Below are positions 19,120 through 27,700 of a DNA stretch of 64,000 nt, in pieces. Source of the DNA: a virus. Its lineage: Duplodnaviria > Caudoviricetes. Where the stretch lies: positions 1 through 64,000 of IMG/VR virus record IMGVR_UViG_2923682817_000001; one strand, 5' to 3'. Within the stretch, counting starts at the first letter, position 1. The number at the start of each line of letters is the position of its first letter. The translations under genes and the position numbers were made by a program. The notes below the pieces were generated by a model that had not been told where the DNA came from, did not search any database, and worked only from the letters and a program-made list of their open reading frames with translations.

Positions 19120-19402
19120 CCTCTGACGCCCCCTTCTTCTTCAGTCCGTAGTCGGCCTCAATCTGCTGCAGGCCTTCACGGACCGCGATGACGCAGTCCA
19201 TGGGCAGCAGGTACCCCGAACTCGCTCTCCACTCGGTCGCGCCACCGACCTCCTTGGGGACCTCCACGAAGTCCCGCAGCTCGACGATGTCGTGGCCGGC
19301 GAAATTGAGCACCGCCAGGCGCGTTCTCTTGTCGGGCCGGGCCGCGTGGATCCGCCGCTCGAAGTAGATCTTCCGCCGGCCGACCGGCCTAGTCTCAGCC
19401 AT
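19112..19402 (-). CDS. PC4-like nucleic-acid-binding protein (tentative)
   Basis: IVELRDFV...W..SSGYLLP resembles the PC4 fold pattern; ATG 19402. Confidence 0.4.
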   Translation of the reverse strand: MAETRPVGRRKIYFERRIHAARPDKRTRLAVLNFAGHDIVELRDFVEVPKEVGGATEWRASSGYLLPMDCVIAVREGLQQIEADYGLKKKGASEGA

Positions 19403-19493
19403 CTGTTCTCGTCCCTTCCTTGAGGAATCTACCGCGATACATTCTATGCGTGGCTGGCCGATCAGCACAACACGCAGGGGTTCGTGTCGGCCG

Positions 19494-20722
19494 GGCAGCA
19501 AAAAGCGGCCGGAAGCACGAGCCTTCGGCCGCCATGGTGACACTGTCTTACACCGGCAGCAGCTCCTTCTGAGACATCTGGTGCCGAGCCACCTGCAGCG
19601 CCGCCCGCACGGTGCGCTCCTTGAGCTCGTACGGCAGCCGCGCTGCCACCACACGAGCCGTCAGCACGTCAGCATCTTCACCGGCAGCTGCTGCCGCCTC
19701 CAAGACTGCTGCCACCTGTCGCACATGCTTATCGGCAACGCGCGGCAGCTCGGCGTCAGCAGTCTGCTGCCGCACGGTCTGCTGCCGAGGCTTGGGCGGC
19801 AGCACTGCTTCGACTCGATCGCGGGCGCCAGCGGCAGCAATGACCGGCGGCAGCACGTCGCGGGGCGGGGCCGGCGGCAGCACCGGAGGCTCGTCCGGCA
19901 GCACGTCGGCAGCAGGGACCGGCAGCGGACCACCCTCGGCAGCAAGATCGGCAAGGAACGCGTCCCAGCGCGCGTCGTCCGCCACGGCCTTCTCCTGCTG
20001 CCGCTGCCGGTCCAAGCCCGGCTTGTCGCTGCCGGCAGCAATCGGCAGCACGGCAGCAGGTGCTGCCACTCGCTCGGGCGCCTTGGGCGGCAGCACCGCC
20101 GCCGCGGCGGCCACTGCTTCCGGTCGCTCTGCTGCCGGTGCTGCCGCGGCGCTTTCCTGCTGCCGCTGCTGCCGCCACTGTTCTGCTGCCTGCTGCCGCT
20201 CCTTGCGGTGTGCTTCTGCTGCTGCCATTGCTGCCGTTGCTGCCGCGTCTTCTGCTGCCAGCTCGGCAGCGATCCGCGCCTCCTCGTCGGCCTCGGCTGC
20301 TGCCACTACTGCCGGCTGCCGGGAGAACCAGACCAACACGAGCATGTGGCCGAAGGCGGCAGCAACGAGAGAGGGGATCGGCTTCAAAGCCAGCCGGAGC
20401 CAGAAGTCGGCAGCAAGAAGGCCGTCGTCGATCGCCAGCCACAGTGCTGCCAGGCCGATGGTCAGGACCAGACCGAAGATCGCGCCGAATGCTGCCGACC
20501 GCTTCAGGGTGCGGTGCCCCCGGGGGGTGAGGAAGTAGACGGCGGTGGACGCGAACTCGTAGCCGATGACGGTGATCGGCAGCGTCCAGTCCAAGGCGCC
20601 GAGGTGGATTGCGCGGCCGAGCTGCAGCAGGGAGTCGTAGTTGGTGCTGGCAGCAATGAGCATCGCCGGCGGCGTGATCGCTAGCAGGATCCGCGGGACT
20701 GCTCGGGGCAGTGCGGCAGCAG
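19494..20722. repeat. Dispersed (C)GGCAGCA motif array, both orientations
   Basis: Hand count of about 17 GGCAGCA and about 19 TGCTGCC in 1.25 kb. Confidence 0.85.
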
Positions 20723-20726
20723 ACAT
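19548..20726 (-). CDS. Spread-like (DUF2637/Spd-like) membrane protein
   Basis: Four N-terminal hydrophobic helices, a coiled coil, a P/A-rich linker and a helical C-terminus, as in actinomycete plasmid spread proteins. Confidence 0.55.
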   Translation of the reverse strand: MSAAALPRAVPRILLAITPPAMLIAASTNYDSLLQLGRAIHLGALDWTLPITVIGYEFASTAVYFLTPRGHRTLKRSAAFGAIFGLVLTIGLAALWLAIDDGLLAADFWLRLALKPIPSLVAAAFGHMLVLVWFSRQPAVVAAAEADEEARIAAELAAEDAAATAAMAAAEAHRKERQQAAEQWRQQRQQESAAAAPAAERPEAVAAAAAVLPPKAPERVAAPAAVLPIAAGSDKPGLDRQRQQEKAVADDARWDAFLADLAAEGGPLPVPAADVLPDEPPVLPPAPPRDVLPPVIAAAGARDRVEAVLPPKPRQQTVRQQTADAELPRVADKHVRQVAAVLEAAAAAGEDADVLTARVVAARLPYELKERTVRAALQVARHQMSQKELLPV

Positions 20727-20819
20727 CGTGGGGACCTTCCGTGGTGCGCGTTCTTGGTGGATTCGGGCCACCGTAGCGATCACCCCGTCTCGGTGTACAA
20801 CCTCCCAGCTCAGCGACGT

Positions 20820-21108
20820 GCCTCTGATGGCACATTCAGCACGGCAGATGGCGCAAAAAAGGCATGATTGGTGCGCCGAAGGCCGCTCGGATCGCCTAAA
20901 ACCGCCCTGCTTCGCACAGTCCAAAACAGGCTCTGAACTGCGACAATAGGACTGTGCAGGGAAGCTGTTAGACCACCGAAAGATTCTGATTGACAACTTC
21001 CAGTTGTGCGCCTAGTATCCTAAAAGCGCAGGTAAAGCGCCTGTGCGTAGGATTCTAGGGCACAAAAAAGCCACAAGGCCGTGCCCATCTGGAAGGGTTA
21101 GGGGCACA
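20820..21108. other. Candidate attP region
   Basis: Lower-GC gap next to the integrase with arm-like repeats (GGCGCAAAAAAGGCA about 20850, GGGCACAAAAAAGCCAC 21058-21074, GGGCACAA about 21102) and a GCACAGTCC/GGACTGTGC inverted pair. Confidence 0.5.
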
Positions 21109-22395
21109 ATGGCGCGCAAGAAGCTGATCCGGGGCATGGGCAGCCTGAAGAAGGTCGACTCCTGCAAGCACGGCGAGGACGCGCGCTGCAAGTGCAAGTG
21201 GCTCGGCCGGTGGTACGACGCGGCCGGCGAGCCCACCAAGCTCACCTTCGACGACTACGACGCAGGCTTCGAGCACCTGTTCCAGGAGTACACCAAAAAG
21301 CGCCAGGGCGTCGGCAGGATGTCCAAGGCCAAGGGCAAGGCCCCCTTGTTAGAGGTCTACGCCATCGAGTGGCTAGCCAGCATGCGCGACCTGGAGCCCG
21401 CCAGCAGGCGCAACTACAAGTCCATCCTGGAAACCCACGCCTTCCCCAGGCTCGGCAAGGTCCCCGTCAACCGCATCAACAAAGATCAGATAGCTGACCT
21501 GATCGACTACCTCTACTCCGAGGACCCGGAAACGGGGAAGGACCCGGTCTACGAGGGCACTGTCAAGAATCTCATCATGTACGTCCTGCGCCCGATTTTC
21601 CGCCAGGCTCAGGCTGACGTATGGCGCAGTGACAACCCCTGCGACGGACACCGGTTGCGCGACGTTCCCGACGCCGAGCGCTACGTCCCCACCCCGGCCG
21701 AGATCCACGACATCGCCCACACCATCAAGCCGATGTGGCGCCTGGCGATTTACCTCATGGCCGGGTGCGGCCTGCGCGAGGGCGAATTCCTGGGCGCCAG
21801 CACCGACATTCGTAAGAAAGACAACCGGCTCTGGATCTACCGGCAGTGGCACCATGAGGGCCGCTGGGCGCCGCTGAAGTACTGCAAGGCGAAAGAGGGG
21901 CGCTGGGTGCCTCTGGATCCGATCGTGGCCGCGGAGTTGGAACGGCACATCGCCGACTACGCGATCCCCGAGGGCGGGCTGCTGTTCCCCTCCCTCAAGA
22001 AGCCCGGCCAGGCGGTCAACAACTCGGTATTCAACCGAGCGCTCAAGGAAGCCTGCATCCGGCTCGGCCTCGACGACAAAGACATCACGGCCCACAACTT
22101 TAGGCATGCCTTCGCCAGCCACGTCATCGACGCGGGCGTCCCCCTGCCCGACGTCTCGCGCATGCTCGGCCACAAGTCCTACGAGACCACCTTCAAGACC
22201 TACTACAAGATGGTCGACCCGTCCTGGGAGCGCATCCAGCGCAACGTCAACACCTACCTGTCCACCGGCATCCCGGTCGACGCCACGCTCGGCGGCGTTG
22301 ACGCCTTCGCCGAAGACAAGCAGGCCGAGGTCACCGATCTGCTGGCCAAGCTCAAGGCCCTGGGCGTCACCGTGACGCTGGAGCAGGCCGCCTGA
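21109..22395 (+). CDS. int: Tyrosine integrase
   Basis: GCGLREGE (R), HNFRH (HxxR), LGH and TTFKTY (Y); N-terminal SAM-like domain. Confidence 0.93.
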   Translation: MARKKLIRGMGSLKKVDSCKHGEDARCKCKWLGRWYDAAGEPTKLTFDDYDAGFEHLFQEYTKKRQGVGRMSKAKGKAPLLEVYAIEWLASMRDLEPASRRNYKSILETHAFPRLGKVPVNRINKDQIADLIDYLYSEDPETGKDPVYEGTVKNLIMYVLRPIFRQAQADVWRSDNPCDGHRLRDVPDAERYVPTPAEIHDIAHTIKPMWRLAIYLMAGCGLREGEFLGASTDIRKKDNRLWIYRQWHHEGRWAPLKYCKAKEGRWVPLDPIVAAELERHIADYAIPEGGLLFPSLKKPGQAVNNSVFNRALKEACIRLGLDDKDITAHNFRHAFASHVIDAGVPLPDVSRMLGHKSYETTFKTYYKMVDPSWERIQRNVNTYLSTGIPVDATLGGVDAFAEDKQAEVTDLLAKLKALGVTVTLEQAA

Positions 22396-22424
22396 ACCAG
22401 ATCAACTTCAACGACAGGATCCCC

Positions 22425-22625
22425 ATGGCCACGTTTGAATCGCAGCCGCCCATCCACACGGGAACTACCGGAGCTGAGCACTACTCCTTCGCTCGGGAGT
22501 GGTTCGCCTCCAAGCCTCCGAAAGTCGAACGGATCGCCCGGCAGCGCTACCGCTGGGAAGAACTCCGGGAACGCTGGCCGTCTATGACCGCTGCGAAGAC
22601 CGCCTACCGCCGTCGGCACCGATGA
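22425..22625 (+). CDS. Hypothetical protein
   Basis: 66-aa ORF with AGGA upstream, followed by a terminator. Confidence 0.45.
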   Translation: MATFESQPPIHTGTTGAEHYSFAREWFASKPPKVERIARQRYRWEELRERWPSMTAAKTAYRRRHR

Positions 22626-22637
22626 CACTGTCCCGGA

Positions 22638-22680
22638 CAGCAAAACGCCCCCGTACCGAGCGGTACGGGGGCGTTTTGCT
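22638..22680. terminator. Bidirectional terminator
   Basis: AGCAAAACGCCCCCGTACC-GAGC-GGTACGGGGGCGTTTTGCT between convergent genes. Confidence 0.85.
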
Positions 22681-22686
22681 GTGCAG

Positions 22687-23028
22687 TCAGGCGCTCAGCT
22701 CGCGCTGTTCCTTCTCCAACTGCTCGATCTTGACCAACGCCTGCTGGTATCGAATCTCGCGCTCGTGGTCGATGAGCGGTGCAGCGTTTGCCAGATGGTC
22801 ACGCAAGCCACTTACCGCGATGTAGAACGGCCAGATGAACGCGACAAACATAGCTTCGGCCGCTGCATCCTTACGCCACCTGGCGAGATGCACTGCATCC
22901 TCTGCCAACGTTGGGTAGAGACGTACGTGATCCTCCATCGACCGCTTGATAAAAATCGGCGCGACGCGGGCAAGCCCGACGTACAGGTGCAGCGCGACGG
23001 TGCCGAGCACGATACCCAGGACGATCAT
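22687..23028 (-). CDS. Membrane protein
   Basis: Two hydrophobic segments and a coiled-coil tail; coupled start. Confidence 0.6.
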   Translation of the reverse strand: MIVLGIVLGTVALHLYVGLARVAPIFIKRSMEDHVRLYPTLAEDAVHLARWRKDAAAEAMFVAFIWPFYIAVSGLRDHLANAAPLIDHEREIRYQQALVKIEQLEKEQRELSA

Positions 23029-23189
23029 GACGCAGCCTCCACCGCGTCCCGCAGCCTGTCATAGGCGCCGAAATCTACGCCTGGCATCGGGTCGGCACGG
23101 TCCAGGTAGTAGGCCAGATCGGCCTTGGAGACGATCACGTATCCGGCGCGGGCGTAGGCCGCCGCGAGCTCATCGTGGATCTTAAACAT
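23025..23189 (-). CDS. Hypothetical protein
   Basis: MFKIHDELAAAY; overlaps both neighbours. Confidence 0.5.
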   Translation of the reverse strand: MFKIHDELAAAYARAGYVIVSKADLAYYLDRADPMPGVDFGAYDRLRDAVEAAS

Positions 23190-23964
23190 TGGCGCGGATC
23201 GCCTGCTCGGCCTCGGCACGCATGCGGAGGGTCTTGTCGTAGTCCTTGAAGCGCGCCTTGCTGATGACTCGCCGATCATGCGACCTCAGCACGATGCCCT
23301 CGCTGCGGCCGGGCGTGCCGGTCGACACCCGGGTTGCCGCGTAGGGTGCCATGAACTCGCGCATGCCGGCGATGCTGCGCGGAAGCTCGGCGGCGTCCAG
23401 GGTGAACAGCCTCGGAGTCAGGAGCAGGTATGCCATCTTTGCCTGAGCCTGCAGCGCGGCCTCGCCGGCGAAGTCCTGGCCGCCGCGGTCACGCCACATG
23501 GCGATCTCGTTGTGGTCCATCGAGATCCTGTCCGGGTCCACCGTGGCGGCGTCGAACAACCGGAAGGCCGCGGTGCCGTCCCCGTACTGCTTCCATTCCG
23601 GCAGCTGCTTGCCGCCGTACACCTCCAGGTACAGCACGAGGATTTCGTCCCAGGCGCCCTCGACCTTGTAGCCGACCTCGCGCAGGGCGTCCACGATCCC
23701 CTGCTGAGGGTTGTGGACTCGGTCGCCTGAGCAGGTCAGCAGCTCACCGCGGGAGCCGATCAGGAAACGGCCGTCGGGAAGAACGATCAGCCGAGCATTG
23801 GTGCCGTCGACCTTCTCCGTCCCGATCACCGTGCCCTCGTATTCGGTGGGCTCTTCCAGCAGGATGCCCTTGGCCCGGGGGTTCAGCGCGTGGTGCGTGG
23901 GGATGCTCGGGTATTTCGTCAGGGAGTTGATCTTCTCCAGGTCCTGCTGCCGCAGACGGTACAT
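23182..23964 (-). CDS. RNA ligase (Rnl2-like ATP-dependent nucleotidyltransferase)
   Basis: Motif I EKVDGTN, IGSR, FRLFD, motif IV EGIVLR and terminal K; GGAGG before ATG 23964. Confidence 0.85.
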   Translation of the reverse strand: MYRLRQQDLEKINSLTKYPSIPTHHALNPRAKGILLEEPTEYEGTVIGTEKVDGTNARLIVLPDGRFLIGSRGELLTCSGDRVHNPQQGIVDALREVGYKVEGAWDEILVLYLEVYGGKQLPEWKQYGDGTAAFRLFDAATVDPDRISMDHNEIAMWRDRGGQDFAGEAALQAQAKMAYLLLTPRLFTLDAAELPRSIAGMREFMAPYAATRVSTGTPGRSEGIVLRSHDRRVISKARFKDYDKTLRMRAEAEQAIRANV

Positions 23965-23966
23965 GA

Positions 23967-24302
23967 TCAGACCTCCTGTGCCTGCGGATACATACGCTTG
24001 TCGATTTCGGCGATCCACAGCTCGTCAAGCAGCTCGTAGCCCGCCTCGAAATTGTCGTATTCGCCACAGCGGAGGAAGAAACCCCGTGCGGCGGCGTCGT
24101 CGTCGTCCCAGTCCATGACCGAAAGGGCGCTGTCGTAGCCGTCGTACAGCTGGCCGAGGGGGCACAAAACAGTGTGGGACGTGTCAAGCCTGGCCTTGTC
24201 GATCTTCTCCCACCAGTCGGGCTTATTGGCATCGAGGCTGGCCGCTCCGAACGCCACCCTGGCGCCGTACTTGGCGAGGATCTCGGGGGTAACCGTGACC
24301 AT
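23967..24302 (-). CDS. Hypothetical protein, tandem paralog 3 of 3
   Basis: Shares WW..ID, C.LGQL and LWIAEID with the two upstream genes. Confidence 0.8.
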   Translation of the reverse strand: MVTVTPEILAKYGARVAFGAASLDANKPDWWEKIDKARLDTSHTVLCPLGQLYDGYDSALSVMDWDDDDAAARGFFLRCGEYDNFEAGYELLDELWIAEIDKRMYPQAQEV

Positions 24303-24304
24303 GC

Positions 24305-24655
24305 TCAGACCTCCAACGCCTGCGCGGCCTCGCGCATGTCGATTTCAGCGATCCACAGCTGCGTCCGGAGCTGGTAGGCGTCCCTAACCGCTTGGGAGAG
24401 GGAGTCACCACTGCAGTACAGGCCGAGCCGCTCGGATTCGCCCAGGTTCAGGCCGAGGAGCTCCAGGCCGATCTCGAACTCGTCGAACAGCTGACCGAGG
24501 ACACAGTCATAGGAGTTGCCCAGGTCGAGAGAGACCCTGTCGATCCCCGTCCACCAGTCGGGAAGTCGGTTGTCCATCTCCGCGGCGCCGGCGGCGACCT
24601 GCTTGCCGGCCTCAATACGCAGGGCGTCGTCCGTGACGAGGATTACCGTGCTCAT
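24305..24655 (-). CDS. Hypothetical protein, tandem paralog 2 of 3
   Basis: MSTVILV; VAAGA, DWWTGID, CVLGQL, LWIAEID. Confidence 0.8.
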   Translation of the reverse strand: MSTVILVTDDALRIEAGKQVAAGAAEMDNRLPDWWTGIDRVSLDLGNSYDCVLGQLFDEFEIGLELLGLNLGESERLGLYCSGDSLSQAVRDAYQLRTQLWIAEIDMREAAQALEV

Positions 24656-24665
24656 TCGACGTCTC

Positions 24666-25031
24666 CTAAGCCTGATCGGCGTTGGCCGCGGCGGCCTCGC
24701 GCTTGTCGATTTCGGCGATCCACAGGTGCGTCCGCAGGCGGTAGGCGTCAATCACCTCCGAGGACTCTTCCTCACCGGGGACGTACACGCCGTAGTTCTC
24801 GGCGTCGTCCGCGCACCAGCGCAGAACGTCCCTGCCGTGCCAGTAGAAGCGGTAGAGCTGACCCAGCACGCAGTCGTAGACGTCAGCCTGGTTGAGCCGA
24901 CTCTTGTCGATCTTCTCCCACCAGCCAGCGTGACGGTCGTCGAGCTCAATCGCGCCGGCGGCGACCTGTTCGGCGGCCTGCTCGGCAGCCTCAGTGTCGA
25001 CGGTGGCCATGTCGGGGGTCATCGTGTCCAT
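24666..25031 (-). CDS. Hypothetical protein, tandem paralog 1 of 3
   Basis: MDTMTPD; VAAGA, GWWEKID, CVLGQL, LWIAEID. Confidence 0.8.
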   Translation of the reverse strand: MDTMTPDMATVDTEAAEQAAEQVAAGAIELDDRHAGWWEKIDKSRLNQADVYDCVLGQLYRFYWHGRDVLRWCADDAENYGVYVPGEEESSEVIDAYRLRTHLWIAEIDKREAAAANADQA

Positions 25032-25051
25032 GTAATTGCTCCTGTTGGGAT

Positions 25052-25240
25052 TCAGATCGTGGGCTGCTGGTTGATCCAGTCGTAGAGCTCGCGCTCCGAG
25101 CACCTCGGGCTTCCGCCGATCCTTCTGAGCGGCAGTCCATAGGCTCGGGATTCGCGCTTCACCCAGCGCGGGCTCATGCCGACGATCTCGGCGATTTCCT
25201 CGGGGGTGAGGAGCCGGTCGCCCACTTTCACAACGGCCAT
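25052..25240 (-). CDS. Excisionase/BldC-like small HTH protein
   Basis: LLTPEEIAEIVGMSPRWV...LP.RRIGG..R; 62 aa. Confidence 0.8.
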   Translation of the reverse strand: MAVVKVGDRLLTPEEIAEIVGMSPRWVKRESRAYGLPLRRIGGSPRCSERELYDWINQQPTI

Positions 25241-25395
25241 TGCCGGCCCTCTCTTGCGGTCTACGGCGCCTTGCGGCGTCCTGTGGCAAGAGCAGAACAT
25301 GCATCCCAACTAGGGCCGCAACCCCCCAAAGAGACATCCCAACTAAGGAATGGAATGTGATGTTTTCCGCAGCCGGACAATCGGGTTATGCGGGG

Positions 25396-25647
25396 TCAGG
25401 TCCGCGGCGTTGTCTGGCCTGCGCGCCGCCGGCGCAGGTCGTCCACGGCGCCCAGGGCCATCTGCAGGCCCTTCTCCAGCTCATCCAGCTCGTCGTCCTG
25501 GAGGTTCTTGCGGTGGTCCTCAGCAGCCTTCCAGGCGCCGGACAGGCACACGTCCAGCCAGTCTAGGACCTGCTCCCTGGAAATACGGGCCAGCCGAGCG
25601 GCTGCGCGGGCGCGGACCCTGTCCGGCGACCTCTTGAACAGACTCAC
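25396..25647 (-). CDS. Hypothetical protein
   Basis: GTG start coupled to the upstream stop; helical protein. Confidence 0.6.
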   Translation of the reverse strand: MSLFKRSPDRVRARAAARLARISREQVLDWLDVCLSGAWKAAEDHRKNLQDDELDELEKGLQMALGAVDDLRRRRAGQTTPRT

Positions 25648-25913
25648 GGAATCACGCTCCGATAGATCGCCTTCCAATGCCGTTTTCCGTCCATGGCGAT
25701 GTATGGGGACCGAATGCAGTCGATCCGTCCGAACTGGGTGCGCGAGGTGTACATGTGGCGGAAATAGCGGTCGGCCCGACGCTCGACAAGCCACCGGGGT
25801 GTTCGACAGTGGCTTGTGAGCTGTACCTCTACGGGGCCGATGATGTCGCCTCGTGAGTAGCTGCTGACCACTCCGGTGCGAAATCGTCTGGGAATGAGTC
25901 TGCACAGCTTCAC
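25644..25913 (-). CDS. Hypothetical protein, atypical codon usage
   Basis: GTGA overlaps at both ends. Confidence 0.45.
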   Translation of the reverse strand: MKLCRLIPRRFRTGVVSSYSRGDIIGPVEVQLTSHCRTPRWLVERRADRYFRHMYTSRTQFGRIDCIRSPYIAMDGKRHWKAIYRSVIP

Positions 25914-26323
25914 CGGTCCTCCCCCGCCTCGTCCTGGTCATCGGGCTGTCCGTCATAGGCCAGGTCCATGAGGGTGATCAGCTTCCACTCCTCGTCCACG
26001 TCGCCGGCGGCTTTCTGAGCGATGATCTCCCGTTCGACCTGGCGCTCGAACCGCGGACTGATGCGGCCGTCGTCGTCGAACAGGCCGTCATCTTCTACCG
26101 CCTGCAGAGCACGGAGGATCGCGGTGTCCTCGTCGAGCTCGTAGCCGGTCCAGCGGCCGATGGCGATGGCGCGGCCGGCGCGGCCGTATCGGATGATGAC
26201 GCAGCGGCCGAATCGGTAGGGGTAGTTGTCCTCGCGCGTTTCGGCGGTGTGGAAAATGGGTGAGCCCGGCTCCAGCCGCAGGGGCTGGCAGAAGACCGGA
26301 CCAAAAACGTAGGCTCTCGACAT
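25910..26323 (-). CDS. Hypothetical protein
   Basis: 137-aa ORF with good codon usage. Confidence 0.65.
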   Translation of the reverse strand: MSRAYVFGPVFCQPLRLEPGSPIFHTAETREDNYPYRFGRCVIIRYGRAGRAIAIGRWTGYELDEDTAILRALQAVEDDGLFDDDGRISPRFERQVEREIIAQKAAGDVDEEWKLITLMDLAYDGQPDDQDEAGEDR

Positions 26324-26463
26324 ACCCGGAAAGCTATTTACCCCGCCACCAAATGTGGTAGCGGGGTACTTAGTCAGCGGATTCTTCCGCGGTATTCACG
26401 CACTTCCGCGGGGCGGTAGGCGCGAGCGATTGGGCAACCGCAGCGGTGGCCTTTTTCCGCCGG

Positions 26464-27147
26464 TCAGGTCATGCCGGTGGGCTGGTCAAGGGCCGGTTCC
26501 GGGGCGTAGGGATAGAAGTTGAGGACACGGTTGATGTAGCGGCCCGGCGACTTCTGCCTCTTAAAGTTCCGCCAAATGTTGGCTGGCACGTCGTAATAGC
26601 CGTACACCTGGCCGTTGCGGAATCGTACGCGCAGGGTGTTGGTGGTCTTGTCGTAGCCGGCGGCCAGGGTCCGCGGCCTGGGCGGATTAATGCTCGGGGT
26701 CGGCTGATAGGGCATGAGGTAGATGTCATTACCCTGCCGGGCCATTTCCAGCGCCCACCAGGCCATGGGATCCATGTGGACATGGCGGGACTCTTCTTGC
26801 TCGTTGAGATAGTCGAGCAGGTCGAGCTGTTCATGCTGGGCGTCGGCGTCCTGGGTGCCGTCGCGCTGGGCGCGCTGCTCGGCGGTGGGGATCAGGGCAT
26901 CGGCGGGGCGGGCGCCCGTTCGGCTCGGGAGGGGCCGCAGGGCCTCAGCGAAGCGCTGAGCGCGGACCTGGGCACTGGTGGCCGGCGCACCACGGCGGGG
27001 CGGCCGAGGGGCTGCAGTGGGCACAGGGGCCGGCGCAGGGGTCGATGCCGGCGCGGGCTGCGGTCCGGGATTTCCCGGGTTACGGGGTCTGAAGACCTTG
27101 CTCTGCTTGCTCTGCCGGCCACGGTTGCCGGACGGGCGGCGGGCCAT
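26464..27147 (-). CDS. KTSC-domain protein
   Basis: C-terminal AGYD...LRVRFRNG..YGY.DVP...W..F....SPGRYIN. Confidence 0.85.
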   Translation of the reverse strand: MARRPSGNRGRQSKQSKVFRPRNPGNPGPQPAPASTPAPAPVPTAAPRPPRRGAPATSAQVRAQRFAEALRPLPSRTGARPADALIPTAEQRAQRDGTQDADAQHEQLDLLDYLNEQEESRHVHMDPMAWWALEMARQGNDIYLMPYQPTPSINPPRPRTLAAGYDKTTNTLRVRFRNGQVYGYYDVPANIWRNFKRQKSPGRYINRVLNFYPYAPEPALDQPTGMT

Positions 27148-27365
27148 CAGATGCTGTGTCGGGCGATGGCGGCGTTGGCCCAGAACTGGGTCTCGTCGAG
27201 TGCGTCGATGGCCTTGTTCTTCTCGTGACCGTCGGGCATGAGCGTGTTGAGGACGTGGGCCAGGTTGAGACAGGCGGCGCGGACGCTCTCGTGCGCCTTG
27301 GCGCGGCTCTCAGAGATGGGCGGGTGGTGCGTAAATCGGCGATTGAGGGAGGAGGCGGGGATCAT
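27147..27365 (-). CDS. Acb2/Tad1-like helical hairpin protein (candidate nucleotide sponge)
   Basis: RFTHHPP...VR...LA..L....P...EK..AI..L.E..FWANAAIAR pattern. Confidence 0.6.
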   Translation of the reverse strand: MIPASSLNRRFTHHPPISESRAKAHESVRAACLNLAHVLNTLMPDGHEKNKAIDALDETQFWANAAIARHSI

Positions 27366-27463
27366 GTGGTGCTCCGATCAGCGTGGTTCCCTGGTCGGTG
27401 CGTGGTGGAGCCCGGTCCCGTCACTGTCTGAATCGGCCGTGACGGGACCGGGGTAAGGGGGGC

Positions 27464-27700
27464 TTACGCCGGAGGGGTGATGGTGCTGAGCGGGGGGCGC
27501 TTGGCGTCGTCGAAGGCGTAGTCGAATACGGCGGTGAGGTGCAGGCCCTCGTGGCCGTAGACCTGGCCGGAGTTGAGGTGGGGTGCGGTCGCACCACCGT
27601 TCTGCGCGGTGCCGCCAACGTTCGGCTCGTCGCGGTCGATCGACTTGTAATTCGGGTAGCCGGGGGCGACCAGGTTCTGGGGGTTCTGCTTGACTGCCAT
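27464..27700 (-). CDS. Hypothetical protein
   Basis: 78-aa ORF with GAAAGG upstream. Confidence 0.6.
   Translation of the reverse strand: MAVKQNPQNLVAPGYPNYKSIDRDEPNVGGTAQNGGATAPHLNSGQVYGHEGLHLTAVFDYAFDDAKRPPLSTITPPA

Noticed and set aside
25344-25371. Extra copy of the 28-bp operator
   Set aside because: Only the left half (TAAGGAAT) matches; the right half is poor and the site overlaps the AGTTGGGATG motif.
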